From positions 134,835 through 198,834 of the IMG/VR virus record IMGVR_UViG_3300048113_001121: DNA of 64,000 nucleotides. One strand, written 5' to 3'. The stretch's first letter is position 1, and each line of letters starts with the position of its first letter. Source of the DNA: a virus. Shown one piece after another: positions 9,644 through 17,735 of this stretch. The position numbers and the translations under genes were made by a program. Under the pieces are notes generated by a model that saw only the letters and a list, made by a program, of their open reading frames with translations, made no database searches and had not been told where the DNA came from.

Positions 9644-10552
9644 TTAATCAACCTTTTTTGTTCGATTTTCACTAAAAGTAGTGCTATGTCCTAATTTAGG
9701 ATGGTTAGACAGCGATTTAGAGTTGTAAATGGATTTGAAACTATTTTCATTAACTATGTTGTAATCGATACTATCTGAATCTAAACCATATGGCTGTGTT
9801 ATACTATCCACATAATCTCTAAGTACATCACCAATTTCATAACCTATTTCATCCAAAACACCCTTAACACTCTCAGGTACATTATCGTTATTACTCCATA
9901 AATCACCTAACATATAAGTTTCACCATCATTCATTAAAGTTACAGATGAGTTTTCACCATTAATTGTAACCATAACATCATAATACGCAACATATTCCGA
10001 TGTGTCTGATAAGATATGATTGGTCTGACCCGTATAAATATCCATAGTCACCTCACTAATAATTCCCTCAATCTCATAACCGGCTTGAGTATAATTAAAT
10101 GGTTCACCAACCTTTAACTCTTTTTTAATTTTCTCATAAACATTATAAATCCCACCAAAGTATTCAATTTTATAAGCTAATATTTTAGCTTTATCCTCCC
10201 TATTAGAACTGTCTAAACCTAAGTAATGGTAAATAGGTGTAGATTCAACACCTTTGTCGTCCCAATACTTAAATAATAAATCTTTTTGCTTTTCGTTTTC
10301 CTGTAACGATTCCTCTTCCTTTGAGAAATAATCTTTATTCTTAATAAGAAAATCGTAGAAATATTCTAATGGTAGTTGTTTTTTTGTTCCTTCGTACTTT
10401 TGTGATAAGTCTTGATATACCTCATCTAACATACCCATCTTTAGACCTTTAATCAAGTCGCTAAATATATCAGCAAATAGTGCAAACATTTTTATGTCAA
10501 CACCACTGTATCGTTCGTGAACTATATTTTCTAAGAGTTTAAGTAGTTTCAT
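9644..10552 (-). CDS. putative virion head/internal protein
   Basis: N-terminus MKLLKLLENIVHE (L-x-E motifs); TATTTAT upstream. Confidence 0.5.
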   Translation of the reverse strand: MKLLKLLENIVHERYSGVDIKMFALFADIFSDLIKGLKMGMLDEVYQDLSQKYEGTKKQLPLEYFYDFLIKNKDYFSKEEESLQENEKQKDLLFKYWDDKGVESTPIYHYLGLDSSNREDKAKILAYKIEYFGGIYNVYEKIKKELKVGEPFNYTQAGYEIEGIISEVTMDIYTGQTNHILSDTSEYVAYYDVMVTINGENSSVTLMNDGETYMLGDLWSNNDNVPESVKGVLDEIGYEIGDVLRDYVDSITQPYGLDSDSIDYNIVNENSFKSIYNSKSLSNHPKLGHSTTFSENRTKKVD

Positions 10553-10567
10553 TACAGATAAATATAT

Positions 10568-11158
10568 CTAAAATGTAGTTTGCCACTCTTTAAATTCTTT
10601 TCGGTCTTCTTTACTAATCCATAATTCATGACCTTCCAAAGAACTATGACTAACTTCTACCCAATTCGGTATTAATACTCGTTGATGGTTTTCCCATATA
10701 TGATAGGTTAATTGTTCAATACTTTTTCTCAAATACTGAGCACTTTCAGGGAAATCTTCCATAACCATCTGTCTATAGACCCCCCATTCATATTTATGAC
10801 TTTGGTCTTTAACAAATTTATTTCTTTCAGAATATCTTTCAATACTATCCATATCTTTATACATAAAAACAACTAAAACATCTTGTAAGTAATCTGTTAT
10901 TCTATGTAAATGTCCCGATTGTGAAGGACCAAAAGATGAGTACTTATCGTTCATATGATTTTTATGAAATGTTCTTATACCATCTTCTTCATTATACCCA
11001 TTTAAATCCCACGCATATTCACCTCTAACTTCAGGTAAATTAAAATCTTTAGATATTATTTTTGTCATTATCTTATTACCCGCACCATGAGGTCCAGTGA
11101 CAATAACTTTATTGTATTTACTAATAACTGACTTTAAATCTTTATATTCCTTACTCAT
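10568..11158 (-). CDS. P-loop / sulfotransferase-like fold protein
   Basis: VIVTGPHGAGNKI resembles the ITGxxRSGT 5'-PSB/P-loop; downstream VLVVFMYKD strand; divergent. Confidence 0.35.
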   Translation of the reverse strand: MSKEYKDLKSVISKYNKVIVTGPHGAGNKIMTKIISKDFNLPEVRGEYAWDLNGYNEEDGIRTFHKNHMNDKYSSFGPSQSGHLHRITDYLQDVLVVFMYKDMDSIERYSERNKFVKDQSHKYEWGVYRQMVMEDFPESAQYLRKSIEQLTYHIWENHQRVLIPNWVEVSHSSLEGHELWISKEDRKEFKEWQTTF

Positions 11159-11552
11159 CTTTTTTTATGTTTTCTAAAATTATACCATTAATATTATCAC
11201 CATATAAATTAGGGAACTCATGTTTTAAATCCTTTAACGGTATAACTAAACCTTCCCATTCTTCCTGTTCATGTATTTCATTAACCATAAAATTATAAAA
11301 GTCTATACTCTGTTTAGACCTAAAAACTTCTCTTATTATTTTTTGTATATGAGTAAACTCTTTATTACGTAAATCAACACCCGTAACGTTTTTAGCTCTA
11401 CCCCATACAAATTTAACCCTTGAGTTTATATCCACCGTATGTGTTTCAACATTATCTTCAAACACATCTCTTAAATATATTTCTTTATTGCCCTTTATCT
11501 CAAAAGTATAGTATCTTTGGATGAAGTTAATTACGTTTTTCTCCATTAACAT
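11151..11552 (-). CDS. hypothetical protein
   Basis: ORF in tight operon packing. Confidence 0.55.
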   Translation of the reverse strand: MLMEKNVINFIQRYYTFEIKGNKEIYLRDVFEDNVETHTVDINSRVKFVWGRAKNVTGVDLRNKEFTHIQKIIREVFRSKQSIDFYNFMVNEIHEQEEWEGLVIPLKDLKHEFPNLYGDNINGIILENIKKDE

Positions 11553-11730
11553 CCTCTTTTAAGATAGAACAATAATAGTAATCACCAGTGTCTTTAAACT
11601 TATTAAATAAAAACTTTCTTACCGAATCAGAATCATATTCTTTAAGTAAGGTAGACGCGTAAAGGTGTTTAGCACTATCCCACACATCATCTCTTTCAAT
11701 ATTATCAATAAGAATTTGTTTACTTAACAT
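11527..11730 (-). CDS. hypothetical protein
   Basis: short ORF in operon packing. Confidence 0.5.
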   Translation of the reverse strand: MLSKQILIDNIERDDVWDSAKHLYASTLLKEYDSDSVRKFLFNKFKDTGDYYYCSILKEDVNGEKRN

Positions 11731-11733
11731 CGT

Positions 11734-12792
11734 TTAATTACTTAATGGAGCTTTAATAGTTGGTTTATAATTATAATTTATTAATTCATAGTTGAATTCA
11801 CCACCTAATAAATTAACACCTTTAAAGTTAATATGTGGTAAATCGTAACCTTCTCTCTTAATCTGTTCTTTAGCCTGATTTAAATGATTTTGATATAAAT
11901 GGACATCACCTAAATTACCTATTAATTGGTCTGGTATCATATGTACCTCTTTTGCAATTAACATAAGTAAAGTAGCATATGAAGAAATGTTAAATGGTAA
12001 CCCTAAGAATGTGTCTACAGACCTTTGGTTCCACATTAATGATATAGCTCTCTTTGGTGTTGGTTCGTGTCTTTTATCATCAAAATCAGGTAGGTTTTTA
12101 GGGTCGAAATATCTTTCCATACCTGTCTCATAATTATTTTTGAACCAGTATTCATATCTCTCTTTATCAGTTAATAATCTAGTGTATATTTGAAACCCAT
12201 AATGACATGGAGGTAAAGTCATTAAATCTAACTCCCCAACATTCCAAGCACTAACCATTAACCTTCTTGAGTCTGGATTCCTTTTAAGTTGTTCAAGTAA
12301 ATTTTTAATTTGGTCAACACTTTTTTCGTTATAAACTTGTAACGTATCCCCTTCAAATACTTGCTCACCTTCTTGAAACCATCCTCTCCACTGAGCACCA
12401 TATACAGGACCTAACTCACCCCATGTCTTTGCAAATTCATCATCGGTTTTGATTCGTTCAATAAACTCATCCATAGTATCAGGCCAATTACCTTTATACT
12501 CATTAGTTTTACTAATATAGTTTTTGAAAGCATCACCATTCCAAATGTTACATCCGTTGTCCACCAAGTACTTGATGTTGGTATCTCCTTTTAAGAACCA
12601 CTTCAATTCAGTCATCATTGTTTTGACTGCCATCTTCTTTGTGGTAAGAAGAGGAAACCCTTCTTTCATATTATGTCTTATAGTATAACCAAAAATAGAC
12701 TTAGTACCCGTACCAGTCCTATCTGATTTATCTACACCATGTTCTAAAATAGTAGATAGTAATTCGTTATATTGTTTATCAATACTATTCAT
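11734..12792 (-). CDS. thyA: thymidylate synthase
   Basis: DRTGTGT, ELKWFLKG, LGPVYGAQWR, SRRLMVSAWN, LPPCH, NQRSVD, GLPFN (Asn = dUMP specificity), HLYQNH. Confidence 0.97.
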   Translation of the reverse strand: MNSIDKQYNELLSTILEHGVDKSDRTGTGTKSIFGYTIRHNMKEGFPLLTTKKMAVKTMMTELKWFLKGDTNIKYLVDNGCNIWNGDAFKNYISKTNEYKGNWPDTMDEFIERIKTDDEFAKTWGELGPVYGAQWRGWFQEGEQVFEGDTLQVYNEKSVDQIKNLLEQLKRNPDSRRLMVSAWNVGELDLMTLPPCHYGFQIYTRLLTDKERYEYWFKNNYETGMERYFDPKNLPDFDDKRHEPTPKRAISLMWNQRSVDTFLGLPFNISSYATLLMLIAKEVHMIPDQLIGNLGDVHLYQNHLNQAKEQIKREGYDLPHINFKGVNLLGGEFNYELINYNYKPTIKAPLSN

Positions 12793-12797
12793 TTTAC

Positions 12798-13013
12798 TTA
12801 TGAGTGTAAGTATTCAATAATAGTTGATTGTTGTGGTACTCTAATAATTGGAACACTCGGACCCGCAGGTTCTTGTTTTTGTCTAACTTCGTAATAGTTA
12901 TTCCCATCATCTTTAATTGTTGTCACATTTGGATATTCAACAACATGAGTCTTTTCCATGTCAGGTTTATAAACCAAAGTATGTTTTTTTGTATTAAACG
13001 TTAATTTTATCAT
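12798..13013 (-). CDS. hypothetical protein
   Basis: 71-aa ORF upstream of thyA. Confidence 0.55.
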   Translation of the reverse strand: MIKLTFNTKKHTLVYKPDMEKTHVVEYPNVTTIKDDGNNYYEVRQKQEPAGPSVPIIRVPQQSTIIEYLHS

Positions 13014-13049
13014 CTTATATTATTTTTTAGTATTTTTAAGGCATTAAAA

Positions 13050-13078
13050 AACCTTTCTCCTAAAATAGAAGAAAGGTT
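13050..13078 (-). terminator. intrinsic terminator
   Basis: AACCTTTCT...AGAAAGGTT stem with U tract on the minus strand. Confidence 0.6.
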
Positions 13079-13103
13079 AGTATTTGTCAATATATTATTT
13101 AAA

Positions 13104-13403
13104 TTAAGTTCCGATAACTAACTCGTCATAATTCAGTTTTTCCATACCTTTTAGCTCTTCCTCAGCCTCATCGTACATGAAAGATTTTACAACTGAAACA
13201 ACACTCTGTTCTGATTGAGCAATTTTACTTTCCATCCAATCATCAAGTTGTTCACCTTCTTCCATTTGTTCCCACATTTTATATGCTAGTGTGGCTATTG
13301 TAAATAATTGTTGTTTTGCCATATAAGAACCATCATGAGAACCCTCTTTAATGTTTGACTTTAATTTACGTAATTGTGATTCAGTTATTATTATGTTTGA
13401 CAT
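13104..13403 (-). CDS. putative small head protein (ITESQ-type N-terminus)
   Basis: MSNIIITESQLRKL..IKE; TATTTAT at 13422-13428. Confidence 0.6.
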   Translation of the reverse strand: MSNIIITESQLRKLKSNIKEGSHDGSYMAKQQLFTIATLAYKMWEQMEEGEQLDDWMESKIAQSEQSVVSVVKSFMYDEAEEELKGMEKLNYDELVIGT

Positions 13404-13462
13404 ATCCGTTGGTATTTTATTATAAATATAGTTATATTAGTAAAATTGTAGATTATTAATTA

Positions 13463-13490
13463 AAAAAGGTGAAGATTTCTCTCCACCTTT
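13463..13490 (-). terminator. intrinsic terminator
   Basis: AAAGGTG...CACCTTT inverted repeat with A run on + strand (U tract on - strand). Confidence 0.55.
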
Positions 13491-13565
13491 AGGGACCGAC
13501 TTTGGCTATCGGACTACTCCACCATCTCATTTAATCTAATAAGAAAATCTATCTTTCCTTCACCT

Positions 13566-13736
13566 CTAAACCATTTCTTCAATGATTCCTATTACTTCAC
13601 TAACTATAAGTATAATACAAGCGGTAATCAAGTTAAAAGGAATAAAACCGTAACCAATAATTCTAACACCTGATTTAATAAAACTTATAATTTTGTGCCA
13701 CTTTTGATTTGGCATATGTTTAATATCATCAATCAT
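13566..13736 (-). CDS. small membrane protein not in the ORF track (56 aa)
   Basis: MIDDIKHMPNQKWHKIISFIKSGVRIIGYGFIPFNLITACIILIVSEVIGIIEEMV; overlaps the upstream stop by 8 nt. Confidence 0.65.
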   Translation of the reverse strand: MIDDIKHMPNQKWHKIISFIKSGVRIIGYGFIPFNLITACIILIVSEVIGIIEEMV

Positions 13737-14208
13737 CCATACCTAATTTACGTTCAAAATAATTTGCATCTTCAATAACCTCAGGGTTCTGTTTAATAGT
13801 TTGCATCGCAATCATATCTTTCATTCTTGTTGTTGACCATCCATGTGCTCTACTCGTGTAGATTACCTTTGGTGGTAAGTCATCACCCGTAAATGATTTA
13901 CCAATATAATCTTCACCAAGAATTCTAATATCAGGTTCAAAGAATTTAATTAAATCATACAATTCTTCTTCAGTTTGATACACATAAACCTCATCAATAT
14001 ATTGAATTGCCATTAAGGTTCTATATCTTTCATATAATGGAACCACTGGTTTGTACTTGGATTTTCTATGTAACGATGGGTCTCTTTGTAAAAACACAAT
14101 GAATTTATCACAATGTTTTCTTGCGTCTTCAAATGTGTAAATGTAACCCGGATGCATTAAATCAAAATTACCTGCTGTGAACCCTACAATTTCTTTTTTT
14201 TCACTCAT
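13729..14208 (-). CDS. cytidylyltransferase-like nucleotidyltransferase (TagD/RfaE-like)
   Basis: GFTAGNFDLMHPGY (HxGH variant), PLYERYRTLMAIQYIDEV, GEDY, SRAHGWSTT. Confidence 0.85.
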   Translation of the reverse strand: MSEKKEIVGFTAGNFDLMHPGYIYTFEDARKHCDKFIVFLQRDPSLHRKSKYKPVVPLYERYRTLMAIQYIDEVYVYQTEEELYDLIKFFEPDIRILGEDYIGKSFTGDDLPPKVIYTSRAHGWSTTRMKDMIAMQTIKQNPEVIEDANYFERKLGMDD

Positions 14209-14396
14209 AATTTAAAACTTTCTTTATAATGTTTATCTTTTTTTACCACTTCATTTAAAGTTAGTAGTTGTGAAATATGATAAGAACTATTATCTGTCAT
14301 GTAAATAATAAATTGGTTTTCAATTTCTTCTATCTCATTAATTACCTTTATAGTTTTACTATCTCGTGGTATTACATAATCACCTACCTTAAACAT
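14205..14396 (-). CDS. hypothetical protein
   Basis: MFKVGDYV small beta-barrel-like ORF. Confidence 0.55.
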   Translation of the reverse strand: MFKVGDYVIPRDSKTIKVINEIEEIENQFIIYMTDNSSYHISQLLTLNEVVKKDKHYKESFKL

Positions 14397-14742
14397 TTTT
14401 AAGTTGTTTTAGTTTAATACCTAATAGGTCTAAAGTATTCTTATCCTTAACAGTTTTTTTAGCTTTTTTCTTAATCTCGTTGATTAAACCTTCAATATAT
14501 TTAATCTCAGGATTAATTTCCTCAACAACCTTAACGGTCTTATCCATTTTAACCCCGTTTATCTTGTTTTTAAGGTACACAGATAATAATTCTATGAGTT
14601 TATATGAGAAGTAGAATCCAAGACAAATAAGACCTGTTTCTACTAGTTTTTCTGTCCCTACAAAATGAACACCTACTAACATAAAGATTAAAATAATAAC
14701 CATTTTAATCATACTCCATAAATTATTAATTATTTTTACCAT
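14389..14742 (-). CDS. hypothetical membrane protein
   Basis: two N-terminal hydrophobic segments and a basic tail. Confidence 0.6.
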   Translation of the reverse strand: MVKIINNLWSMIKMVIILIFMLVGVHFVGTEKLVETGLICLGFYFSYKLIELLSVYLKNKINGVKMDKTVKVVEEINPEIKYIEGLINEIKKKAKKTVKDKNTLDLLGIKLKQLKNV

Positions 14743-14744
14743 TT

Positions 14745-15002
14745 TTATTGTGTTTTAGATTTTTGAATTGCGTACTCGGCTAAACTAATTTTTTGAACGT
14801 TACCAATTACCATTGAAGACCTTAATAAATCATATGGTATGTGAAGAAGAAAATCATTACCGTTTGATGTGGTTAAATCCTCTTTAAGTTCCAAACAAGA
14901 ATGAACCATTTTAAGATATATTTTAAACTGTATATCATCATCAAAACTTTTTTCTTGAAGGATTCCAAACTTTGGGTGTTCTATTTTAATTGTCTTCATC
15001 AT
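14745..15002 (-). CDS. hypothetical protein
   Basis: operon-packed ORF. Confidence 0.55.
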   Translation of the reverse strand: MMKTIKIEHPKFGILQEKSFDDDIQFKIYLKMVHSCLELKEDLTTSNGNDFLLHIPYDLLRSSMVIGNVQKISLAEYAIQKSKTQ

Positions 15003-15008
15003 ATACCT

Positions 15009-15269
15009 TTAGTCTTCATTAAAATTAATACCATATTTTTCATTCATAGTTTTTCTAAAGTCTTCACTAACTTTTTTCAAACCTTCATTGATTCCGTTTA
15101 CACATAAATCACTATATGATTCTACTATATTCATGACAGAAACTTGTTCCATAGGTAAACATTTACTGTCCTCAGTAAAAATTACAGTGTCTTCACCAAA
15201 TGATTCAATAGATTCAATAATGTGTGTTGAACCGATTTTATTATCTTTTATTTTATCTCCTTTTTTCAT
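15009..15269 (-). CDS. hypothetical protein (probably leaderless)
   Basis: MKKGDKIK; ATG 4 nt after TATATTTG (15274-15281). Confidence 0.6.
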   Translation of the reverse strand: MKKGDKIKDNKIGSTHIIESIESFGEDTVIFTEDSKCLPMEQVSVMNIVESYSDLCVNGINEGLKKVSEDFRKTMNEKYGINFNED

Positions 15270-15313
15270 ATTACAAATATAATTAAATTTTTTGATTTAA
15301 ACTAATATTATGT

Positions 15314-15544
15314 TTAAAAGTCTTCGTTAGTTAATGTTTTCATTTCCGTATTATTTGGTGGAGTTACAGATTCGGGTGTTGAACTAAAAACTAATGTTTT
15401 TAATAAGAACACAACTAAGATAATTCCAACTATCCAACCGCCAACCCTACCTGACGCGGCAAAGATATTTCCAATACCTTTTAGTAATTGTGAACCAAAT
15501 GTTAAAACGAAACCGATAATGACTAATGTGATAATTCCTTCCAT
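15314..15544 (-). CDS. small two-TM membrane protein
   Basis: two hydrophobic helices; has its own promoter. Confidence 0.6.
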   Translation of the reverse strand: MEGIITLVIIGFVLTFGSQLLKGIGNIFAASGRVGGWIVGIILVVFLLKTLVFSSTPESVTPPNNTEMKTLTNEDF

Positions 15545-15565
15545 AATTTTATTTTTTTATTTATA

Positions 15566-15597
15566 CAAATATAGTGAATAATATTCACTTACACAAA
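15566..15597 (-). promoter_or_regulatory. Bacteroidetes sigma-ABfr promoter with an internal palindrome
   Basis: TTTG-N20-TATATTTG; spacer holds the perfect inverted repeat GTGAATA-A-TATTCAC. Confidence 0.7.
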
Positions 15598-15607
15598 TTA
15601 TTGAGCA

Positions 15608-15640
15608 TAAAAAAAACCTCAGTCGGTTAGAACTGAGGTT
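15608..15640 (-). terminator. intrinsic terminator of the large ncRNA
   Basis: AACCTCAG-N10-CTGAGGTT followed by T run on the minus strand. Confidence 0.8.
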
Positions 15641-16523
15641 AAGGAAGATATATAATAGAGTATAGAACGCTGAGATTACACGTTTATGGTGACTTGTCTT
15701 TAGTGAGATTACCCTATATCGGTTGCTCATGTATCCACTCTCGTTGCCGAAAGTATCAAGTCAGTGTCGGTTATTTGAGTGAACCACTCTTTTCGTTAAC
15801 AACTACTCAACTACTACTTTACTCTGTCAAACCTTGCGAGTTCACTAAGGGACGGCCATCCCACCAGGTATTTGATAATTGACATCAGGAGACTTGCGGT
15901 CTACCGATGACTTCGTTAGTCTATTGACTCGAAGTGTTAGACACCTTTCGTTGTCAACGCCCGAAGAACTTTTGCTCTCTTTTAGTTTTAGTAAAAGTAA
16001 CGATGGAAATGAGAAAGATGTGCTTCGGGAGAAGTTTCGTTTCTTTTGAAAACAAAATGCTTCACACCTCTCTGTAAGTCTGTCAACTTACGGTACTTCA
16101 GGAATACGTTAACTTATCGTATCGGAATTCCTTTGTACTGGTACTCAGCCCTACAACACCTGACAGGGTGTGTCGAACCGTCACCTGTAGCTTTTCCTAT
16201 TGATATCACTATCTCAACTCTGATATTCCACGGACTCAGAGTGGTCTCGTCCCTTTAGCAGTTGCCCTTAGGGTCTTGACCGTAGCCACTTTGTTTAGTT
16301 GTCAGAGTAAACTCTGCGAATATTCACGATGTACTATTCTCGTTTCAATCCCTTTAGTCCCATTGCTGGGGTTATCTAACGACGCTAAACCGCCGTCAAA
16401 TGTCATACTTAACCGTTTAAGAAAAAGGGGTTAATCTTTTGTATTCCTTTCACAAACTGTGATGGTTAAGGTGACACTTACTAATATTTTCAAAGAACGT
16501 CTTCAGTACTCTTACTGAATTGT
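15640..16523 (-). ncRNA. large structured non-coding RNA, GOLLD-like (~880 nt)
   Basis: GC-enriched island with no credible ORF, bounded by a promoter and a terminator; many stems (15911-15934, 16074-16091, 16218-16241, 16303-16316, 16502-16519); 3' GAGTGGTT.AC..AA.T.ACCG.CACTG and GTAATCTCAG segments recall GOLLD RNA. Confidence 0.7.
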
Positions 16524-16527
16524 TTTA

Positions 16528-16559
16528 CAAAACTACAACAAATTTTTTAATCTGTCAAA
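16528..16559 (-). promoter_or_regulatory. Bacteroidetes promoter driving the ncRNA
   Basis: TTTG-N20-TAGTTTTG. Confidence 0.75.
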
Positions 16560-16630
16560 CTTTTTTTTAAAAACTTTCTGATTTTCTGTTGGGTAAGATA
16601 TAAATACTCCAATAAATCTCAAAAGTTATA

Positions 16631-16661
16631 CAAATATACAAAAAAATTACTCTCAGACAAG
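16631..16661 (-). promoter_or_regulatory. second (tandem) upstream promoter
   Basis: CTTG-N19-TATATTTG. Confidence 0.55.
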
Positions 16662-16706
16662 CCCTTTAAGGGTTTTTTTGTGTTTTGTATTAAAATTATT
16701 GGATAT

Positions 16707-16931
16707 TTACCCTATAATTACTCCATTAGAATCAAAATACTTATCTAAAGCACTTAATCTATCGTCCGCGTCTACTAACATTACTAACGCCTCTTCAGCG
16801 TTTTTATAGAAGTCCCCTGTTGAGTGGTCTCCGATTCCTACTGCTTTACTACCAAGTAGTTCAAGTGATAATAATGCCTTTGCTTTATCTGCCTGTGCAG
16901 ATGTTTTTAACATATTTACTAATTTGTTCAT
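16707..16931 (-). CDS. conserved small phage helical protein
   Basis: A..DKAKALLSLELL....VGIGDHSTGDF pattern. Confidence 0.6.
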   Translation of the reverse strand: MNKLVNMLKTSAQADKAKALLSLELLGSKAVGIGDHSTGDFYKNAEEALVMLVDADDRLSALDKYFDSNGVIIG

Positions 16932-17335
16932 TTTAAAATTATTTTTATAAGTTTATTAAATTGTTTTGTCATTGGTTCGGGTAATTCATCTTTACCAAAA
17001 TACCCACATTCCGTGTGTTCGTCCCCATCATAAGCGTTTTCTAAATCAGGAAACATCTCTTCTTCAACATCCATAAGGTAGGTATAAAACATACCTTTAA
17101 CTTTACTTCCGTCTCTGTTATACCTTTTTATTACCGCGGCAAACTCTATGTCTCCTAACACAGGTAAATCAGTCTCTTCTATAAACTCTCTAATCGCAGC
17201 GTCTTTAGTTGGCTCATCTTCTTCCACACTACCTGCGGGACATGACCAAAAACCTGGTAGAGTTGTTTGTGAGTTTCTTTTACAAAGTAACACCTTATTA
17301 TCACATCTTACGATTATTCCTGCGTATTTTTTCAT
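16928..17335 (-). CDS. NUDIX hydrolase
   Basis: Nudix box AGSVEEDEPTKDAAIREFIEETDL. Confidence 0.92.
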   Translation of the reverse strand: MKKYAGIIVRCDNKVLLCKRNSQTTLPGFWSCPAGSVEEDEPTKDAAIREFIEETDLPVLGDIEFAAVIKRYNRDGSKVKGMFYTYLMDVEEEMFPDLENAYDGDEHTECGYFGKDELPEPMTKQFNKLIKIILK

Positions 17336-17362
17336 TATTAGTTTTATTGGATATTTATTAGT

Positions 17363-17719
17363 ATGAAAGTAATCATAGAAAATAATATTTTAAAAGTCAA
17401 AGTTTCTTCCACTAAAAAATCCATAACTGATGGAATGATGGGAAAAAGATTTGATGAGTCCTTTGATGGTATGTTATTTTTTATGCCTGAACGTACCGAA
17501 CAAAGTTTTTGGATGTATAATTGTATTATACCATTAGACATTATTTTCATAGATGGAACAACAATAACTAAAATTCATTCTAACTGTCAACCATGTAATG
17601 ATAAGAAAAATTGTGAATCATATCAAGGATTTGGTGATACAGTTTTAGAGGTCTTTGGTGGTTTTTGTGAAGAACAAGGCATAAAAAAAGGAGACATCGT
17701 CTCCTTATCTTTATTTTAA
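17363..17719 (+). CDS. DUF192 family protein
   Basis: GMMGKRF....GMLFFM......FWMYNCIIPLDIIFID, VLEV.GG. Confidence 0.85.
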   Translation: MKVIIENNILKVKVSSTKKSITDGMMGKRFDESFDGMLFFMPERTEQSFWMYNCIIPLDIIFIDGTTITKIHSNCQPCNDKKNCESYQGFGDTVLEVFGGFCEEQGIKKGDIVSLSLF

Positions 17720-17735
17720 AGTTGTCTTAATTGTT

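Noticed and set aside
11734-12792. ThyA as a dCMP hydroxymethylase for DNA hypermodification
   Set aside because: Retains the dUMP-specifying Asn in GLPFN and the other canonical motifs
16170-16200. GGTTCGAC T-loop-like motif suggesting a tRNA
   Set aside because: No acceptor, D or anticodon arms can be built around it; treated as part of the large ncRNA
15694-16258. ORFs 15694-15882 and 16046-16258
   Set aside because: Antisense to the structured RNA unit, atypical composition, no motifs
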